Assembly: GCA_965262725.1 (NCBI GenBank)
Contig: OZ253555.1
Span: 2,848,001 to 2,912,000, forward strand
Source of the DNA: Dehalococcoidia bacterium
GTDB lineage: Bacteria > Chloroflexota > Dehalococcoidia > UBA2979
DNA: 64,000 bases
Direction: 5' to 3'
Numbering within the stretch: the stretch's first letter is position 1; each line of letters begins with the position of its first letter. A program made the position numbers and the translations under genes. Positions 37,012 through 48,285 of the stretch are shown here, piece by piece. The notes beneath the pieces are model-generated. The model saw only the letters and a list, made by a program, of their open reading frames with translations, did not search any database and was not told the origin of the DNA.

Positions 37012-38676
37012 CTAGCCGGCCCCGTACTGCGTCCGCCCCTCGCGGCCGAGCCAGCCGAAGGCCTGCTGCTTGCGACGGGCCTGCGGATCGATCAGGACGT
37101 GCACCAGAGCTGGGCCGCGAGCGGCAAGCGCGCGCTCGAGGGCGGGGTGCAGCTCCGAGGCGCTCTCGACGTGCTCGGCGTGGCCGCCGAAGGCGGCCAT
37201 CACGCGGTCGTAGCGCACCGCGTCGTCGGGCCCGAAGTCCTCAGCGCTGAGTGCGCGCCCCGGGCGGCGGCGCACGCTCCCGTTGTTCGCCACGATGAAG
37301 AGGATCGGCAGCTCGTAGCGGACCGCGGTCTCCAGATCCATGCCGTTCCAGCCGGCTGCGAAGTCGCCCATGGCGCAGACCACCCGCGCGTCGGGCCGCG
37401 CGATCTGGGCGCCGATCGCATAGGGGATGCCTACCCCCATGCACCCGGTGGTGCCGGCGTCCAGCCTTTCCCTCGGCCGTACGTTGGGCTGCATCACGCG
37501 CGAGATCGCCATCGTCGCCTCGCCGTCGGCCACCACGACAGCATCGGGTCCCGCGACCTCGTTGATCTCGCGGTACATGCGGTAGAGGTTGAGGCGCGGC
37601 CCGGAGGCCTCCGCCAGCTGCGCGATCTGCGCGGCGTTGCGCGCCCGCTCGCGATCGAGATCGGCGATCCACGGCTCGCGGCGCTCGACGCGACCAGCAG
37701 CCGCCTCGCGCAGCTGCGCGAGCACCGCGCGGACGTCGCCGACGAGCCCCGCCTCGACGGGGCGAGCGAGCCCGATCTCAGAAGGCTCGATGTCGATCTG
37801 CACGACCCGCACGTCCTCGGCGAAGCGCGGGGGCCGGCCGAAGTGGAACGTCCAGTTGAAGCGCGCGCCCGCCAGGATCACCAGGTCGGCGTTCCTCAGG
37901 GCGAAGGAGCGCGCCCCCGCCGCGCAGAGCGGGTGGTCGTCCGGCACCACGCCCTTCCCCATCGGCGAGGGGACGAACGGTATCCCGCACTCCTCGACGA
38001 GCGCGCGCGCCTCGGGCGCGGCGTCAGCCCACGCCGCCCCCTTCCCGATGAGCAGAAGCGGCCGCTGCGCCTGAGCGAGGGCACGTGCGGCCCGCTCGAC
38101 GAGGGCGGGGTCGGCGGCCGGGCGGGGCGCCGGGGGGGCCACGGGGTGCTCCTCCACCTCCGACTCCGGGACGCTCGCGGTCAGGACGTCGGCCGGGAGG
38201 TCGAGGTAGACGGGACCGGGGCGGCCGTGGGTGGCACGCTTCACGGCCTCCGAGACGAACCAGGGAATGCGGCGGGGATTGTCGACGGCAACGGACCACC
38301 GTGCGTAGGGGGCGGCCGACTCGACCTGGGGCAGCTCCTGGAAGTCGCCGAGGCCACGCTTGCCGAGCTCGGAGGAGCCTCCGAGCAGGAGCATCGGCCA
38401 GCAGTTCGCCCACGCGGTGGCGAGGCCGGTGATCGCGTTCGTCATCGCTGGCCCCGACGTGACCGCGCCGACGCCGACATCGCGGCTCACGTACGAGTAG
38501 GCTTGGGCCGCCATCGCGATCGCCTGCTCGTGGCGGATCGTGTAGTCGTCGATCCCCGCCCGGGCGGCGTGCTCGAGGAAGGGGCCCATCGGATCCCCGG
38601 GGACGGAGAAGAGCGTCCGGACGCCGTGCGCCCGCAGCGAACGCACCAGGAGCCGGGCGCCGTCGATGCTCTCCAC
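37012..38676 (-). CDS. ThDP-dependent 2-hydroxyacyl-CoA lyase / oxalyl-CoA decarboxylase family protein
   Basis: RHEQAI, GDFQE, GRPGPVYLDLP, SPMGKG, GARFNWTFHFG, RLDAGTTGCMGVG, GD...NN ThDP motif. Confidence 0.9.
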   Translation of the reverse strand: MESIDGARLLVRSLRAHGVRTLFSVPGDPMGPFLEHAARAGIDDYTIRHEQAIAMAAQAYSYVSRDVGVGAVTSGPAMTNAITGLATAWANCWPMLLLGGSSELGKRGLGDFQELPQVESAAPYARWSVAVDNPRRIPWFVSEAVKRATHGRPGPVYLDLPADVLTASVPESEVEEHPVAPPAPRPAADPALVERAARALAQAQRPLLLIGKGAAWADAAPEARALVEECGIPFVPSPMGKGVVPDDHPLCAAGARSFALRNADLVILAGARFNWTFHFGRPPRFAEDVRVVQIDIEPSEIGLARPVEAGLVGDVRAVLAQLREAAAGRVERREPWIADLDRERARNAAQIAQLAEASGPRLNLYRMYREINEVAGPDAVVVADGEATMAISRVMQPNVRPRERLDAGTTGCMGVGIPYAIGAQIARPDARVVCAMGDFAAGWNGMDLETAVRYELPILFIVANNGSVRRRPGRALSAEDFGPDDAVRYDRVMAAFGGHAEHVESASELHPALERALAARGPALVHVLIDPQARRKQQAFGWLGREGRTQYGAG

Positions 38677-38831
38677 CGACCACCTCCGTCCTCGCTCCCG
38701 GGCCGCGTAGGAACCCTCGCCCCGGAGCCCTCGCCGCGTCAAGCACGCCGGGGCGCCGGGAGATCGCGAGCACTGCCTATACTCCGTGCGCCCCGCGGGA
38801 GCGCGGCGGCGGACAGGGGTGGAGGCCCGAG

Positions 38832-39755
38832 GTGCGCATTTCCCTCTTCGCCGGCCCGTTCCCGGAGCCCCGATCGAGCGTCGAGGGGCGGGTCGCGGCG
38901 ATCGTTTCGGCCGAGCGCGCCGGCTTCCCCGGCTACTGGCTCGCTGGCGCCGGCCTCGACCCGCTCGTCGTCTTCGCGCTCGCCGGCCGCGAGACCGGGC
39001 GCATCGAACTGGGTACGGCCGTGCTGCAGGCCTTCACGCGGCACCCCGTCGCGCTCGCCCAGCAGGCGCTGACGGTGCAGCTCGCGACCTCGGGTCGCCT
39101 CGCGCTCGGCGTCGGGCCCTCGCACGCTGTCGGGATGGAGCGGCTCGGCATCTCGTACGCTCGCCCGGCGGCGCGCATGGCCGAGTACCTGCTGATACTC
39201 AGAGGCCTGCTCGACGGGCAGACGGTCGACGTAGACGGAGAGCATTTCGCCGTGCACGCCTCCGCTGGCGTGCACGGCGCGGGGCGCGTGCCGCTCCTCA
39301 TCTCCGCGCTCGCGCCGCGCATGCTCTCCCTCGCCGGCGAGCTGACCGACGGCACCGCGACCTGGCTCGCCGGCCCCCGCACGCTCGCCGAGCAGATCGT
39401 GCCGGGAATCACGACGGCGGCGAGCAACGCCGGCCGGCCGCCCCCGCGCATCCTCGCCGGGGTCGGCGTCGCGGTGGCGGACGGAGGGGGCGGCGCGGCC
39501 GCCCGCGACGCGGCCACCAACCACTTCACGAGGTACGCCTCACTCCCTGCGTACGCGCGCGTGATCGACTCGGAGCGGCTCGGGAACCCGGGCGAGCTCG
39601 CTGTGATCGGAACGGAGGCGGAGGTGCGGGCGGGGCTCGGGCGCCTGCTCGACGCCGGAGCGACCGAGATCCTCGCGGCGGTGATCCCCTACGGGGACGA
39701 CCCCGACGCCTCGCGGCACCGCACCGAACAGGCGCTCGCCGGCATGCTCGACTAG
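38832..39755 (+). CDS. F420-dependent LLM class oxidoreductase (TIGR03564-like)
   Basis: IELGTAV, RHPVALAQQALT, LGVGPSH, ALAPRML, DGTATWLAGP, YASLPAY. Confidence 0.88.
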   Translation: MRISLFAGPFPEPRSSVEGRVAAIVSAERAGFPGYWLAGAGLDPLVVFALAGRETGRIELGTAVLQAFTRHPVALAQQALTVQLATSGRLALGVGPSHAVGMERLGISYARPAARMAEYLLILRGLLDGQTVDVDGEHFAVHASAGVHGAGRVPLLISALAPRMLSLAGELTDGTATWLAGPRTLAEQIVPGITTAASNAGRPPPRILAGVGVAVADGGGGAAARDAATNHFTRYASLPAYARVIDSERLGNPGELAVIGTEAEVRAGLGRLLDAGATEILAAVIPYGDDPDASRHRTEQALAGMLD

Positions 39756-39779
39756 CAACCCTCAGGAAGGAGGGCCCTG

Positions 39780-40568
39780 ATGCAGCAACTCGACGGCCGC
39801 GTCGCCGTGGTGACCGGCGCCGCGCGCGGCATGGGCCGCGCCATGGCCGAGCGCTTCGCGCTCGAGGGAATGCGCGTCATCCTCGCCGATATCGATCTCG
39901 ATCGCCTCGCCGAGACCGAGTCCGCGATCCGGGGGGCGGGAGGCGAGGTCCTTGTCGTCCCGACCGACATGACCGACGCCACGCAGGTGCGGGCGCTCGC
40001 CCAGCGCACGCTGGACGAGTGGGGCGGCGTGCACGTGCTCTGCAACAACGCAGGCGGGGGCGCCACGCGCGGCACGATCTGGGAGATCCCGCTCGAGCGC
40101 TGGAGCTGGGTGATGGACCTCAACTTCTGGAGCGTGCTCCACGGCGTGCACACGTTCGTCCCGCCGATGATCGAGCGCGGCGAGGAGGGGCACATCGTCA
40201 ACACCGCCTCGGGCGTCGTGCTCGGCACGAAGCCGTGGCAGAGCCCGTACAACGCCTCGAAGCACGCGGTGGCCGGGCTGACGGAGACGCTCCACCACGA
40301 GCTCCGCAGGGTCGGAGCGCCCATCGGCGTCTCGCTGCTCTGCCCCGGATTCGTCCGCACCCGGGAGCCCGCCGGCGAGGCCGAGGCGGAGCAGATGCGG
40401 GGGGCGATGCTCCCCGAGGAGGTGGCGGAGCAGGTGGTGGAGGCGATCCGCGGCGGGGAGTTCTACGTGCTCACCCACCCCGAGGCGCTGCGCGAGCGCG
40501 CCCGCATCCGCGCCGAGGACATCGCCGGGGGGCGCGACCCGACACGCTCGCCGGGCGTGCTCAGCTGA
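39780..40568 (+). CDS. SDR family NAD(P)-dependent oxidoreductase
   Basis: VVTGAARGMG, LCNNAG, VNTAS, YNASK. Confidence 0.93.
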   Translation: MQQLDGRVAVVTGAARGMGRAMAERFALEGMRVILADIDLDRLAETESAIRGAGGEVLVVPTDMTDATQVRALAQRTLDEWGGVHVLCNNAGGGATRGTIWEIPLERWSWVMDLNFWSVLHGVHTFVPPMIERGEEGHIVNTASGVVLGTKPWQSPYNASKHAVAGLTETLHHELRRVGAPIGVSLLCPGFVRTREPAGEAEAEQMRGAMLPEEVAEQVVEAIRGGEFYVLTHPEALRERARIRAEDIAGGRDPTRSPGVLS

Positions 40569-40617
40569 GCCGGCACCGTCCCGGGGGCACGCGCGGGGGC
40601 TGCTAGACTCGGCCGCT

Positions 40618-41979
40618 ATGTCGAGCGGAGCGACGCCGAGCGGGGAGCGCCCGCCCACCGAGGCGGACGGCATCGCGTCGCTCCGACTGGTCCTTGCGAA
40701 CCCCGGCTTCCGCGGCGTCTGGCTCGCCGGCGCGCTCGCCTCGGCGATGCGCTGGCTAGATTTCCTCGTGCTCGGCGTCTTCGTCTACGACCTCACGGGC
40801 TCCGCGTTCCGGGTCGGGCTGCTCTTCTTCTTTCGCATGGCGCCGCGCCTCCTGCTCGCGCTGCCGCTCGGCATGCTCTCCGATCGCGTGTCGCGGCAGC
40901 GCATGCTCGTCGTGACCTTCGCGGCGCTCGCGGTGATATCGGTGGCGCTGGCGGCGCTCGTCATCTCGGGGCGGGTCGAGTACTGGCACCTCGTGGTCGG
41001 CACCTTCCTCACCGGCATATTCTGGACCACGGAGTTCCCGGTGCGGCGCGCAATGATCGGGGACGTCGTCCCGCGCGAGCTCGTGGGGCGCGCCTTCGCC
41101 ATCGACATCGGCACGAGCGCGGTCGCCCGCATGCTCGGGCCGCTCACCGGCGGAGCGCTGCTGCAGGTGGTCGGCGCCGGCGCGGCCTTCCTCACGCAGG
41201 CGGTGGTGCTGCTGTTCGCGATGGTGGTGATCGCCTCCCTGAGGTACGTCCCGCCGACTCGGCTCGAGGCGCCGGCCTCGGCGATGGCGGACATGTTCGC
41301 CGGACTGCGCTACGTCCGCGTCCGGCCGCTCCTCGTCGGTGCGATACTCGTCTCCCTCGCGATGAACCTCTTCGGCTTCCCCTACACCAGCATGGTGCCC
41401 GTGATCGGCAAGGAGACGCTGGGCGCAGAGCCCCTCGGCGTCGGCTTGCTGCAGTCCTCGGAGGGTGTCGGCGCGCTCTTCGGCGCCACGCTCATCGCGA
41501 CGCTGGCGCCGACGCGCATCTACGCGCGCATGTACCTGCTCGGCACGGGCTTCTTCCTCGCCATGGTGCTCGCCTTCTCGAGCTCGACGAGCTACCCGCT
41601 CTCCGTGGCATTCCTCTTCGTCGCCGGGTTCGGGATGGCGGCCTACACGGCGATGCAGGTCACGCTGATCGTGGCGGGCTCGGCGCCGCAGATGCGGGGA
41701 CGGGTGATGGGGGCCGTCTCGCTCTCGCTCGGCGGCAACCCGATAGGCGCGCTCAACGTCGGCATCGTCGCGGGCGCCTTCGGCGCCCCCGTCGCCACGG
41801 CGATCATGGCCGTCGAGGGACTCGTCTCCCTCGCGCTGATCGCGCTGCTCTTCCCGGCCCTGCGCCGGCCGTTCGCCCTGGGCGCCGAGCAGGTGGACTC
41901 ATCGCCAAGACCGGCGAGCCGCATGCGAGCCCCGCCTGCGTCGGCGCAGCGGGACGCGGGGCCGGCGGGAAGCTCCTGA
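40618..41979 (+). CDS. MFS transporter (MFS_3/DHA3-like)
   Basis: GMLSDRVSR, FPVRRAMIGDVVP, PQMRGRVMG; 12 hydrophobic segments. Confidence 0.9.
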   Translation: MSSGATPSGERPPTEADGIASLRLVLANPGFRGVWLAGALASAMRWLDFLVLGVFVYDLTGSAFRVGLLFFFRMAPRLLLALPLGMLSDRVSRQRMLVVTFAALAVISVALAALVISGRVEYWHLVVGTFLTGIFWTTEFPVRRAMIGDVVPRELVGRAFAIDIGTSAVARMLGPLTGGALLQVVGAGAAFLTQAVVLLFAMVVIASLRYVPPTRLEAPASAMADMFAGLRYVRVRPLLVGAILVSLAMNLFGFPYTSMVPVIGKETLGAEPLGVGLLQSSEGVGALFGATLIATLAPTRIYARMYLLGTGFFLAMVLAFSSSTSYPLSVAFLFVAGFGMAAYTAMQVTLIVAGSAPQMRGRVMGAVSLSLGGNPIGALNVGIVAGAFGAPVATAIMAVEGLVSLALIALLFPALRRPFALGAEQVDSSPRPASRMRAPPASAQRDAGPAGSS

Positions 41980-42007
41980 CCGGGACCGGTCAGGCCCGGC
42001 CCCGCCT

Positions 42008-42421
42008 TCACGGCGGTCGCGTGTCCGGGGGATCCAGCGCATCGATCCTGCGTAGCAGGGCGCCCGCCCCGATCACGGAGGCGCCGAGCGCGCGCACGCG
42101 CCCCGCGAGGACGCGATCGGAGGTGACGACGCAGAGGCTCGACGGCTCCGCGTCCCCGGCGACGATCTCGGCGATGCGGTCGTCCGCCGCATTCCGGCCG
42201 CGCCGAGGCGCGTAGATCAGGCGCAGGGCCCCGCGCCGGCCCTCGGGCAGGCCCTCGACGGGGCGCCCGTCGACGACGACCGTGATCTCCGAAGGCTCGA
42301 CGGCCACGGCGAGCGCCTCCACGCGGGCGACGAAGCGGCGCGTCGCGCCGGCCCGATCGCGCCACCACCCCGTCGGGCGGCTCCCGATCACGTTCATCGC
42401 GTCGACGATGATCCGCTCCAC
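42008..42421 (-). CDS. NYN domain (YacP-like PIN fold) protein
   Basis: IIVDAMNVIGSRPTGWWRDR, VVVDG, NAADDRI, VVTSDR. Confidence 0.85.
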   Translation of the reverse strand: MERIIVDAMNVIGSRPTGWWRDRAGATRRFVARVEALAVAVEPSEITVVVDGRPVEGLPEGRRGALRLIYAPRRGRNAADDRIAEIVAGDAEPSSLCVVTSDRVLAGRVRALGASVIGAGALLRRIDALDPPDTRPP

Positions 42422-42538
42422 CGGCGACCTCCCGCGTCCTGCCGCCCGCGGTTCCCCCGGCGGCGCGCGCCCCCTGCCCGCTATCATGCCCCCACGCGAC
42501 CGGCCGCACGAGGGCGGTCCGCGGAGTCAGGAGGGGCC

Positions 42539-43804
42539 GTGGCGGTGGCGACGAGCGGCGGGAAGGCGGGACCGCAGGACACGCCGGCGTGGGCTCCGCC
42601 GCCGTGGGAGCAGCTGACGGTCGTCCAGGTTGGCGGCGAGACAGCGGCCGCCTTCACCGGCCGGCTGTTCGTCGAGCTCGGCTGCCGCGTCATCGTGGTC
42701 GAGCGGCCGGGCGAGCGCGCCGAGCGCGAGGCGAACTCCCCCGAGAGCGGCGCCGAGGAGGGGCGCTCCTCGACCTTCACCTACCTGAACTGGGCGAAGC
42801 TCGGCGTCGTCCTCGACTACGGGCGGCCGGAGGGCGTGGAGCTCCTCGCGCGCCTGGCGCGAAGCGCCGACGTGCTGATACGCCCGCCTCTCCCCGGGGC
42901 GATGGAGGAGCACTGGCACGAACTCGGCATCGACGCCGCCCGCGAGGCGGGCCTCGTCGAGCTCGTGATCTCGCCGTTCGGCGAAAGCGGTCCGAACGCC
43001 GGGCCCTACGCCGACCCCGCCAGGCCGTGGCGCGCCGACTCTGGCGCGGCGCTCGCGCTCTCCGGCATGCTCTACACGACCGGCGACCCGACGAAGCCAC
43101 CGCTCCTCACGCAACCGGAGATCGCGGCGCACGCGACGGCGGCCGAGGCGCTGATGAGCGTGCTCGCGGCGCTCCACTGGCGGATGCGCACCGGGCGCGG
43201 GAGTCACATCGACCTCTCGATGCACGATGCGGCGGTCGCCTTCGACGAGTACAACCTCGTGCTGCCGTCCACCGTCGGCGTCGTCCGGCAGCGCTTCTAC
43301 TCCCGCATCATCCAGGGCTACCCCAGCGACATCTTCCGCTGCCGCGACGGGTGGCTGGTCGTGCTCGGCGGCGTGAACTTCCGGGAGCTGTCGCTCGTGA
43401 TCGGCCGCCCCGACCTCCTCGACGATCCGCTCTTCGCCGATCGCAACTACCGCACGGAGCACTGGCGCGAGGTCGAGACGCTGCTCGCCCCGTGGTTCCT
43501 CGAGCACAGGCGCGACGAGGTGGTGGCCCGCGCGCAGGAGCTGCGCCTCATGATCTCCCCGGTGATGCGCGTCGGCGAACTCGCCGAGCATCCGCACGTG
43601 CGCGCGCGGAACGCCGTGCGCCGCGAGCGGGACGCGCTCGGCGAGGTGAGGCTGGTCGCTCCCCCCTTCCGGCTCGGCTCCTGGCAACCGCGGCACGAGC
43701 CGGCGCCGCTCGAGGGTGAGCACACGGTGCAGGTCCTCACGGCGATCATGCGCGCGGAGCGCGGCGACGGGGAGGCGGCCCCGGACGGCCGCCCCGAGCG
43801 ATGA
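42539..43804 (+). CDS. CoA-transferase family III (CaiB/BaiF) subunit, probably non-catalytic
   Basis: VIVVERP, FTYLNWAK, ISPFGESGP, TGRGSHIDLS, FRCRDGW, APLEGEHT. Confidence 0.88.
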   Translation: MAVATSGGKAGPQDTPAWAPPPWEQLTVVQVGGETAAAFTGRLFVELGCRVIVVERPGERAEREANSPESGAEEGRSSTFTYLNWAKLGVVLDYGRPEGVELLARLARSADVLIRPPLPGAMEEHWHELGIDAAREAGLVELVISPFGESGPNAGPYADPARPWRADSGAALALSGMLYTTGDPTKPPLLTQPEIAAHATAAEALMSVLAALHWRMRTGRGSHIDLSMHDAAVAFDEYNLVLPSTVGVVRQRFYSRIIQGYPSDIFRCRDGWLVVLGGVNFRELSLVIGRPDLLDDPLFADRNYRTEHWREVETLLAPWFLEHRRDEVVARAQELRLMISPVMRVGELAEHPHVRARNAVRRERDALGEVRLVAPPFRLGSWQPRHEPAPLEGEHTVQVLTAIMRAERGDGEAAPDGRPER

Positions 43805-45183
43805 GAGCCCCCTCGCGCCCGCTTGAGGGGATCCGCGTCCTCGACTTCTCCCACGTCTGGGCGGGTCCGATCTGCGCGCGCATCCTCGGGGACCTCGGGG
43901 CCGAGGTCATCAAGGTCGAGGGCCCCGGCCGCCTCGACGGAATGCGCAACCTCTTCCTGATGGCGAACGATACCGACGACGACTACTGGAACCGCTCCGG
44001 ATTCTTTCAGAACCGCAACCAGAACAAGCGAGGGATCGCCGTCGACCTGAGGACGGATGAAGGGCGCGAGCTGATACGGCGCATGGCGCCGCAGGTCGAC
44101 GTGGTGGTGGAGAACTTCACGCCGCGCGTGATGCCGGCCTTCGGGCTCGGCTACGACCGCCTCTCCGAGCTCAACCCCCGCATCATCATGATCTCGATGT
44201 CGGGCTACGGATCGGCCGGGCCCTACTCGAACTTCGGCGCGATCGGCCTCTCGCTCGACGGATCGAGTGGGCTCGCCGCCTCCAACGGCCACCCCGACGA
44301 CCGCCCGGAGAAGAGCGGTAGCGCCTTCCTCGATCCCTTCGCCGGCGTCTCCGGCGCCGCCGCGGTGATGGCGGCCCTGCTCGAGCGTGCGCGCACGGGC
44401 CGTGGCCAGTTCATCGACGTCTCGCAGCACGAGGGCGGGATGAACTTCGTGGGCGGCTACGTCGTCGAGCACGGCCGCTCGGGCCGGGAGCCCGAGCGGC
44501 GCGGCAGTCGGAGCGACCGCCACGCCCCGCAGGGTGTCTACCCGTGCTCGGGCGAGGGGCACTGGATCTACCTCTCCGTGCGCGACCAAGCGGAGTGGCG
44601 CGCGCTGTGCAAGGAGCTGGGCGCCCCGGAACTCGCATCCGAGGTGGGCTTCGACTCGGCGGCCGGGCGCCTCGCGCGGCACGACGAGCTCGACGACCGG
44701 CTCGCGCGCTACACGCGTCTGCGCGAGCGCCGCGAGCTGATGGGCGCACTGCAGGCGCGCGGGGTGATCGCGGGGGCCTTGCTGGACGGCGCGGAGGTGC
44801 TGAACGACCCGCACCTGCACGCGCGCGACACCTTCGAGTGGATCGACGTCGGGACGCCGCCCCGGCCCTACCCCAGCCAGCGCGCGCTCCCGGCACGCTT
44901 CGACGGCTTCGAGGCGCGGCCCGTCGGCCCCGCGCCGCGCCTCGGCGAGCACAACCGGGAGGTGCTCACCGAGCTGCTCGGGCTCGGCGACCACGAGCTC
45001 GAGCGGCTGCAGGAGGAGGGGATCATCGGCTCCGAACCGCGCTTCGCCCTCCCCGTTGAGCAGCAGCGCGACATCATCCGCTACCCGCTCCAGATGTGGG
45101 TGGACATCGGCTCGGTCCGCTGGCTCGCGCCGGACGGAAGCCACGGTCTCGCCCCGGATGAGAAGCCCGGCGGGGGCGCGTGA
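43801..45183 (+). CDS. CoA-transferase family III (CaiB/BaiF)
   Basis: PLEGIRVLDFSHVWAGP, LGDLGAEVIKVE, NKRGIAVDL, VENFTP, AFLDPFAG, APRLGEHN. Confidence 0.93.
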   Translation: MRAPSRPLEGIRVLDFSHVWAGPICARILGDLGAEVIKVEGPGRLDGMRNLFLMANDTDDDYWNRSGFFQNRNQNKRGIAVDLRTDEGRELIRRMAPQVDVVVENFTPRVMPAFGLGYDRLSELNPRIIMISMSGYGSAGPYSNFGAIGLSLDGSSGLAASNGHPDDRPEKSGSAFLDPFAGVSGAAAVMAALLERARTGRGQFIDVSQHEGGMNFVGGYVVEHGRSGREPERRGSRSDRHAPQGVYPCSGEGHWIYLSVRDQAEWRALCKELGAPELASEVGFDSAAGRLARHDELDDRLARYTRLRERRELMGALQARGVIAGALLDGAEVLNDPHLHARDTFEWIDVGTPPRPYPSQRALPARFDGFEARPVGPAPRLGEHNREVLTELLGLGDHELERLQEEGIIGSEPRFALPVEQQRDIIRYPLQMWVDIGSVRWLAPDGSHGLAPDEKPGGGA

Positions 45184-45728
45184 GCGCAGACGAGGAGCAC
45201 AGCATGGCGACGTTGCGCCCGTTCCATCTCGGTCGCTGGATCGAGGAGAACCGGGAGCGCCTCAGGCCGCCGGTCAACAACGCCGTGCTGTGGGAGGACA
45301 CGGAGTTCTTGGTGGTGGTCGCGGGCGGTCCGAACGCGCGCACGGACTATCACGACGGCGCCGCCGAGGAGTACTTCCACCAGATCGAGGGCGACATGGT
45401 GCTGCGGGTGATGGAGGCCAGCGGGCCGCGCGACGTGCCGATACACGAGGGGGAGGTCCTGCTCCTGCCTCCCCGCGTCCCCCACTCCCCGCAGCGCCCC
45501 GCGGGGAGCGTCGGCATCGTCGTGGAGCGCGTCCGCCGCCCGGGTGAGATCGACGCGTTCGAGTGGTACTGCGAGCGCTGCCACGCGCGCGTGCACCGCC
45601 GCGAGCTCGAGCTACGCGACCTGGTGCGCGACATCCCGCCGGTATTCGAGGAGTACTACGATCGGGTGGCGCCGGGGAACTGCCCCTCCTGCGGGTCCCC
45701 CAACCCCCGGCGTCCGGGGGTAGCCTAA
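45180..45728 (+). CDS. nbaC: 3-hydroxyanthranilate 3,4-dioxygenase
   Basis: LRPPVNN, GGPNARTDYH...EEYFHQ, PHSPQR, C-terminal WYCERC...CPSC. Confidence 0.93.
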   Translation: MSADEEHSMATLRPFHLGRWIEENRERLRPPVNNAVLWEDTEFLVVVAGGPNARTDYHDGAAEEYFHQIEGDMVLRVMEASGPRDVPIHEGEVLLLPPRVPHSPQRPAGSVGIVVERVRRPGEIDAFEWYCERCHARVHRRELELRDLVRDIPPVFEEYYDRVAPGNCPSCGSPNPRRPGVA

Positions 45729-46050
45729 TCGTCGCTCCCGGAGAGCCGGGCGCGGAGGCGCCCCTCTCGATCGGCTAGGTCCGGGGTCAGGGCCTCGCCG
45801 AAGTCCTCGGCCTCGAAGAGCGGACGTATCTCGATTGCGCCCGGGCCGGGCATCGGAGGTGGAGCGCGCTTCGCCCACTCGGCCGCCTCGTCCATGTCCC
45901 GGACCCGCCAGATCCAGAAGCCGGCGACCAGCTGGGTCGGGTCGGCGAAGGGGCCGTCTCCGACTGCGCGCTTCGGCCCGTCGAAGCCCACGCGCCTGCC
46001 GCGCTCCGAGGGATGCAGCCCCTCCCCCTCGAGCAGGACGCCCGCGGCGC
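45725..46050 (-). pseudogene. 5'-truncated YciI (DGPF) family gene
   Basis: AGVLLEGEGLHPS...DGPF...LVAGFWIW...EIRPLFEAEDFG in frame to stop at 45725; no in-frame start codon before the recQ stop. Confidence 0.7.
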
Positions 46051-46113
46051 AGGTGCGGGGAGCATGAGCCGCTCGTGAGGCCCGGAGCGAGAACCCGGCG
46101 GGACGGGGCCGGC

Positions 46114-48138
<2,025 letters not shown>

Positions 48139-48285
48139 ACAGGCGCCCCCGGCTCGACGCGCCCTCGGGCGCGAGCCCCGGCGTGACGCCGAGGCCGCGG
48201 GGAGAGGGCGATCATACGAGCGTCCGCGTCCGCGTGCGTGTGCGGGGCGACGCTGGGATGATGACCTCCTCCCCGGGGGGCAGCG

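Noticed and set aside
42008-42421. NYN nuclease as a toxin-antitoxin or defence system
   Set aside because: It is standalone, with no antitoxin-like or defence neighbour.
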